Assembly (NCBI GenBank): GCA_963693365.1
Contig: CAVNZM010000016.1
Coordinates: 3,561,957-3,625,956 of the forward strand
Source: Amoebidium appalachense
Lineage: Eukaryota; Protista; Ichthyosporea
DNA length: 64,000 bases
Reading direction: 5' to 3'
The notes under the pieces were generated by a model. That model had not been told where the DNA came from. It searched no databases and saw nothing but the letters and a program-made list of their open reading frames with translations. The position numbers and the translations under genes were made by a program. Below, piece by piece: positions 43,624-64,000 of the stretch (position 1 is the first letter of the stretch; each line of letters starts with the position of its first letter).

Positions 43624-44745
43624 GTTGCCAGCATTAAGATTAATGGTTTTGAGCTTTGCATCGGTATGTTGTTTGACCTGGTGTAGAAGCGAGCGAATGC
43701 ACAAATAAGAAGTAGGTTGGAGTTTATGTGAGTTTTATGATATTGTAATTCAAACTAGAAGTGACAAGGATGTTAAAGTAGCTGCGTATTTAGAGAACCG
43801 CCATTGTGTAAGTGGCTAGCGCAGTTGTCACACAAATAAGGTTGAAACGATAAAAACAAGACCAAAAAAGAAGTTTTTATAAGACAATAAAAAAAGTAGG
43901 AATATGCTGAGTTGTGCATGCGCATATATGCATACATCACCAGATCATGAAATTCGAAAGTGAAGATGTATTTTATGTGTAAAATGGTTTCAAACAATCC
44001 TTTCCTATCACCTTTCGGTTTCACCAAAAAAAAATCTGAGGTTGAAGAGGAATAGCTGCCGGGTGCATGAAGAGTCATGATTGTGCATCTACAGGCAGGT
44101 GGCTCGAGCGGGGCCTAGCAGCTGTGGAATAGATCTATTCTTTTCTAAACATGGTTAAATGTTGGTGCCTTTTCAACCAATCAAAAATTATATATTTATT
44201 CCGCCAATCAGCATGGGTATTAAATGGAACACGGCGAGCTAACAATACATAGCGCCTGGCTGCCCCGGGCCCGATAATAGTCTCCGAGCTATGCACGCAG
44301 GGAACCGTTGAACGCATGGTACAAATGTGGTACTAATTATATAAAAACGAGCAATAACTAGTAATGCTGAGGAAGTTCACATGTAGATAGAGTTTTCATG
44401 TACAATTATCCTGTTTGGGACGTCTTGACAGGCCTCGGGGATATAACACATGTATGCGCAGCCCTGCATTGCCGGGAAGCATGCGTGCGCCAGTAGTCAC
44501 ACCATGTATTAACAAGTTACAGTAACTTCACTCAAAATACTAATAAGCTTATGTGTTTTTATTTTTAACCTTTTGGTATTGTAACGGCTTGTTCCGTTTC
44601 ACATCATCAGAAGAGGAAGCATTGAATGAATTCGAAATAAGACCTTGCTGAACTTGGTGGGTGAGAGGTGCACGTATGTACGCGTGGGTGAATTGCGGCC
44701 CCCCAGGGGAACTTGGCGAAGAGAGGCCTCTTGCATGCAGGGGAA

Positions 44746-44780
<35 letters not shown>

Positions 44781-45251
44781 GGAAGGGAAGGGCTTATATA
44801 TACTAGCCGGGGAACTAAATTGGGTGGGAGAAATCGGAGGGGAAGGGGTGGTCGTGGGCCGGCAGGGGAAAAGGTTAGACTGATTTTGACTGGGATTGGC
44901 CAAACTTATGAACGTTTTCAAATTCCCCCCCCCCCCCCCCCCCCCCCCACCCACCCACCCACACACACACACACAAACAACCACCACCACCACAGTGGCA
45001 CCTTCGACCACCGGGATCCGGACGTAGAATCAAAATAGTGTTTCATTCTTGTATTTGATTAATCATTATGCTCACCGTACTGAGATACATGGACGTGACA
45101 AAGGGTGATGTGCAATCGACCATGAGCGAAGTTGAGTCCCTTGGCAAGCCTTATGATTGCATTGCACGAAGGCAATCGTATTCCAATTTGATTTGTCTTT
45201 CGTGTACCACCATCAATGAGAAAAAATAATCATATAATGAAAAAAAAAACC

Positions 45252-45290
<39 letters not shown>

Positions 45291-45769
45291 TTTTTCATAC
45301 TGAAAAAGCCTAACACACGTGCGGCATATATGTAGCATTTGTGCATCAAACAATGCCACCATCAAAGAGAAAAAATTATCATATAAGTCCCCTTAATACT
45401 TTCATACTGAATAAGCTAACATACGCTCGGGATATAATATGTAGCATTTGTACATCAAACAACGCATATGGCATTCGTGCATCATTCGAAATCCATCCTC
45501 GTTAAACTCAGCTCATTGGGCATATAGCTACATGGGGCAATACTCCCTGAGTTAGCAGCCAACCCCCCCCCCCCCCCCCTCCCGCCTCCCTCCCTCCCCC
45601 CTCCCCCCCCCCCCAAAAAAGAAAACAAAAACAAAAACAAAAAAAACAAAAAACAAACAGACAATTCGAGAAAGGGGAAAAGCGAGGGGGGGGGAAGGAA
45701 GGCGGTAGGGAGGGAGAAAGGAAGGAAGGGAGGGAGGGAGGGAGGGAGGGAGGGAGGGAGGGAGGGAGG

Positions 45770-45806
<37 letters not shown>

Positions 45807-45949
45807 GATAACAATACAAATCCAACTAAAACAAAAATTAATAAAAAGCAAAAAAACAACCAGAGCATTTTCTTGTCCGGCCTTCGATGCTGTTTCTCAA
45901 GAAGTCGCTTCTGAGGAAATCTAATGATGTTTTCGAGGCAATGGCCAAA

Positions 45950-61264
<15,315 letters not shown>

Positions 61265-61806
61265 CTTCCTGTTCCCCACTACGGTCCAGTGGTTGAAATG
61301 ATGCCTGAGGTTTGCTTTGAAAACCGGACGGAAAACCTGTGACCTAAAGATCCGTGACGTAAACATAACCCCACAGCGCAATGATGTAGCAAAGGAGCAG
61401 CAAGGGTCACTGGTTTGACTTGGGTGTAACATGTCATGTCGAGCTTCCGTTGGGTAAGTATGTAAAGCACCCCATAGGTCAAAATAGATTCAATTGGTTT
61501 TTAGAAACAAAGTGCAAGCTTTGTGTGAAGGGTTTCACACTTTCCTTCCCTCTCATCGGCTAATCTCGGAGAAGCGCTATAATTCTATAGCTAACTCAAA
61601 CTTCTCGAGCTCCTTGAAAAAGAGCAACACGAAGCCTTCCCAAGCCGTCAGGTTGGGGTGTTCTTGTTGACGGACCACATTTTGGCGCCAAAAGCCTAAA
61701 ATGGTTAAAGAGTTTCTATTTATGGCTATTTTGCCAAATATAAGATTGTTTACGTGTGGACGGCCCCGGGCTCTGCAGCTACGTATACTGCCCACAGCCG
61801 CCTCCT

Positions 61807-61838
<32 letters not shown>

Positions 61839-62387
61839 CCTTCCCCTCCCCCCCGGGTTCCTCCGCCCCTCAACCACAAACCGTTACGCACTGTATAACT
61901 GCACACAAACCCGCTTTCACCACTGCTCTCTCCGGAGCCTCTTCGTCAGCAATTCGAAAAGAACGAAGTCACGGCATATGATCACAGTTATTCTGTGCGG
62001 ACATCGTCATGACACACCGACTCGCATGCACAAATACTGCAAGCTCATTCAATGCTAAGTACAGATGCACGTCTTTTTTTTCTCTATTTGGAGCGAATAA
62101 CTTGATATATGGAGCGCATCTGGATCAGGCCTTTTCTCGCTGTGTACTGCAAACCTGCGCCGCAAATTTCTTGGGTCACAGTAAAATACTTCATTATTGT
62201 ATGGCACAAAGTGCCTTGCATTGTTATGCGGGTCTCCTAAATTCTGCACCTCGCTGATTTATTTCCGTTGCTGGTACACACCTCTCTACAATCCAACGCA
62301 AACCAGTGATGGCCAAAGAGCATCTAACTCACTCCCCCCTCTCCCCTCCCCCCTCCGCCCCACAGCTCATAGAGACGCACACACACC

Positions 62388-62419
<32 letters not shown>

Positions 62420-62530
62420 CGCACGCACGCACGCACGCACGCACACACGCACACACGCACACACGCACACACACACACACACACTCTCCTAGCAGTCCTC
62501 CTCCATCCCGGCGCACGCGTGCCGCTTCAG

Positions 62531-62574
62531 TGACGTCATCAATCTAAGCGCTGATTGGTTGCGCGCACTTCCGG
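62531..62574. promoter_or_regulatory. Candidate promoter motif cluster between divergent genes
   Basis: TGACGTCA (CRE, 62531), ATTGG (reverse CCAAT, 62554) and ACTTCCGG (ETS-like, 62567) within 45 bp, between the PARG ATG (61264, -) and the ATG at 63273 (+). Confidence 0.4.
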
Positions 62575-63272
62575 GACTCAGCACGAAAAGCTTTTTCTTG
62601 TTTTCCCAGGCTCCATTTTCTCGTGTTTTTTCTTGCTCTTTTTTTTTTTTTTTTTTTTTTGGCCCATGTTTTTGACACCCTTGCTTCGCCGCTTCGTCTT
62701 TATGGCGCGCAAGCGCTAGACGCTATCGTGGCACTGCGCCTTGGCTTACAACAAAGCAACGCACGGCTCTTAGCTCACTCTTGTGACGTTCTTGTCCAAG
62801 TGGTTTGCTTTTTTTGTTTGTTTGTTTCTTTTGTCCCCACCCGTATCTTTGGTTGCCTTGCAATTGGATCGGTTCTATTCATTTTGTATGTTGCCCTGAA
62901 GTTCCCCAAATAGAAAAGAAAACCAAATTTGGCCTAACTGTACGTTCATTTCTTTTCACAAGTAGTTTTCGGCTGCCGTGAAGCCAAAACTGTTCGTTTT
63001 CATTTCCGCAACAAAACAACGAATTCTTAATCTCCTACTTCGTGCACTAAGTCTGCCGATAGGGGAATTTTCTTGCTTTTTTTGGCCACACACTGCAACA
63101 AGAATAACAGTGATATTTGCCAGCACAGCCGCAAAACTTTTCTTTTTCTTGTTCGGCGACTGGCCGGCTCGCAAATTCCACACCACCCCAGGAAGAATCT
63201 GGTGATAAAACGCCCCACCAAAACACATCCCATTTTCACCATATTCCACTCCTCAAGCACATCTTTCAAAAA

Positions 63273-63478
63273 ATGGCGACCTTCAATTCCGAACTCACCG
63301 AATCGCCTCTTGGCCGTTTCTATGTTGCCACTCAACCATATATGGCGCTTGCACACGAGCACCTGCCCTTTGCCTGGACGGTGGTCAAGGCGCACCCCGT
63401 GCTCAGCGGGTGCGCCTTAACCTTTGTGGGGGCTATGGTCGTGCCTCTGGTTGTCTTCGCCCTGTTTGCTGCCTGCAG
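63273..63478 (+). CDS. First coding exon of a hydrophobic protein, possibly promethin/LDAF1-like (gene continues beyond the window)
   Basis: AAAATGG start; MATFNSELTESPLGRF..AHPVLSGCALTFVGAMVVPLVVFALFAAC followed by a CAG|GTATGT donor. The HP..(hydrophobic)..VP pattern resembles the promethin hairpin; family call tentative. Confidence 0.55.
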
Positions 63479-63895
63479 GTATGTCTCCAATGCATTTTTA
63501 ATTGCTCTTCTATTTTTATTATTGTTTTTTTCTTCACATTTTATGTTTTCTTCTTGAGTCCCCCCTTTTCCTGGTTTTTGGTGAAATGGGTTGACTCGGC
63601 GATTTCGTTGAAACAAAGGATGGGTTGGGAACTGTTGGCACGCTCACGAGGTCTAAGAGTCGAAGCTGATTGCTTTGTGGAGGCACGGGTATTCCCCTGA
63701 TGATGGCATCTCTGTTCAAGTGTCTCTTGCCTGCGCATGTGTGACTTTTTTGTTTTGTTTTGTTGTGTTTGTTCTAGTTTTGGTACTTTCATGACGTTTT
63801 TGTTTTGCCTTTTGATGTCTCCCTTACATATCCCCCCCCCCCCCTCTTGCATGTTCGTGAAAAGATTTTTATATTTCTCTCTTCGGAAGTATCAG

Positions 63896-63939
<44 letters not shown>

Positions 63940-64000
63940 TTCACCGTTTAGCTTTCGACCCACACCAACACCATTTGCCAAACGATTGAATGCTAAAGGG

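Overview
Eukaryotic nuclear DNA: intron-rich genes in a background saturated with (CA)/(GT), (CT)/(GA) and poly-C/poly-G tracts, so most ORF-track entries are low-complexity artefacts. A 28S rRNA fragment and the gene content suggest a holozoan, possibly a unicellular one such as an ichthyosporean (inference). Manual splicing on GT-AG sites with consistent phases gives six genes: (1) an 11-exon + strand gene (8324-19442, 458 aa) with an unusual PH + DysF + C-terminal Qc-SNARE architecture and no transmembrane anchor; (2) an intronless class C GPCR-like membrane protein with an extra N-terminal helix; (3) a 3-exon MARK/PAR-1-like kinase; (4) a 2-exon TPR-like + J-domain (HPD) protein with an apparent frameshift; (5) a 19-exon PARG (660 aa); (6) the first exon of a possible promethin/LDAF1-like protein. 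Mobile DNA includes a TRIM with identical LTRs, a solo LTR, a PIF/Harbinger-type element, a Tc1/mariner-like foldback element, MITEs and a poly-C-flanked dispersed family. The two strongest leads are the soluble PH-DysF-SNARE and an intron architecture in which G/(GT)-rich 5' ends pair with C/(AC)-rich 3' ends, often with (AC)n replacing the polypyrimidine tract. All domain calls are by motif recognition, not database search.
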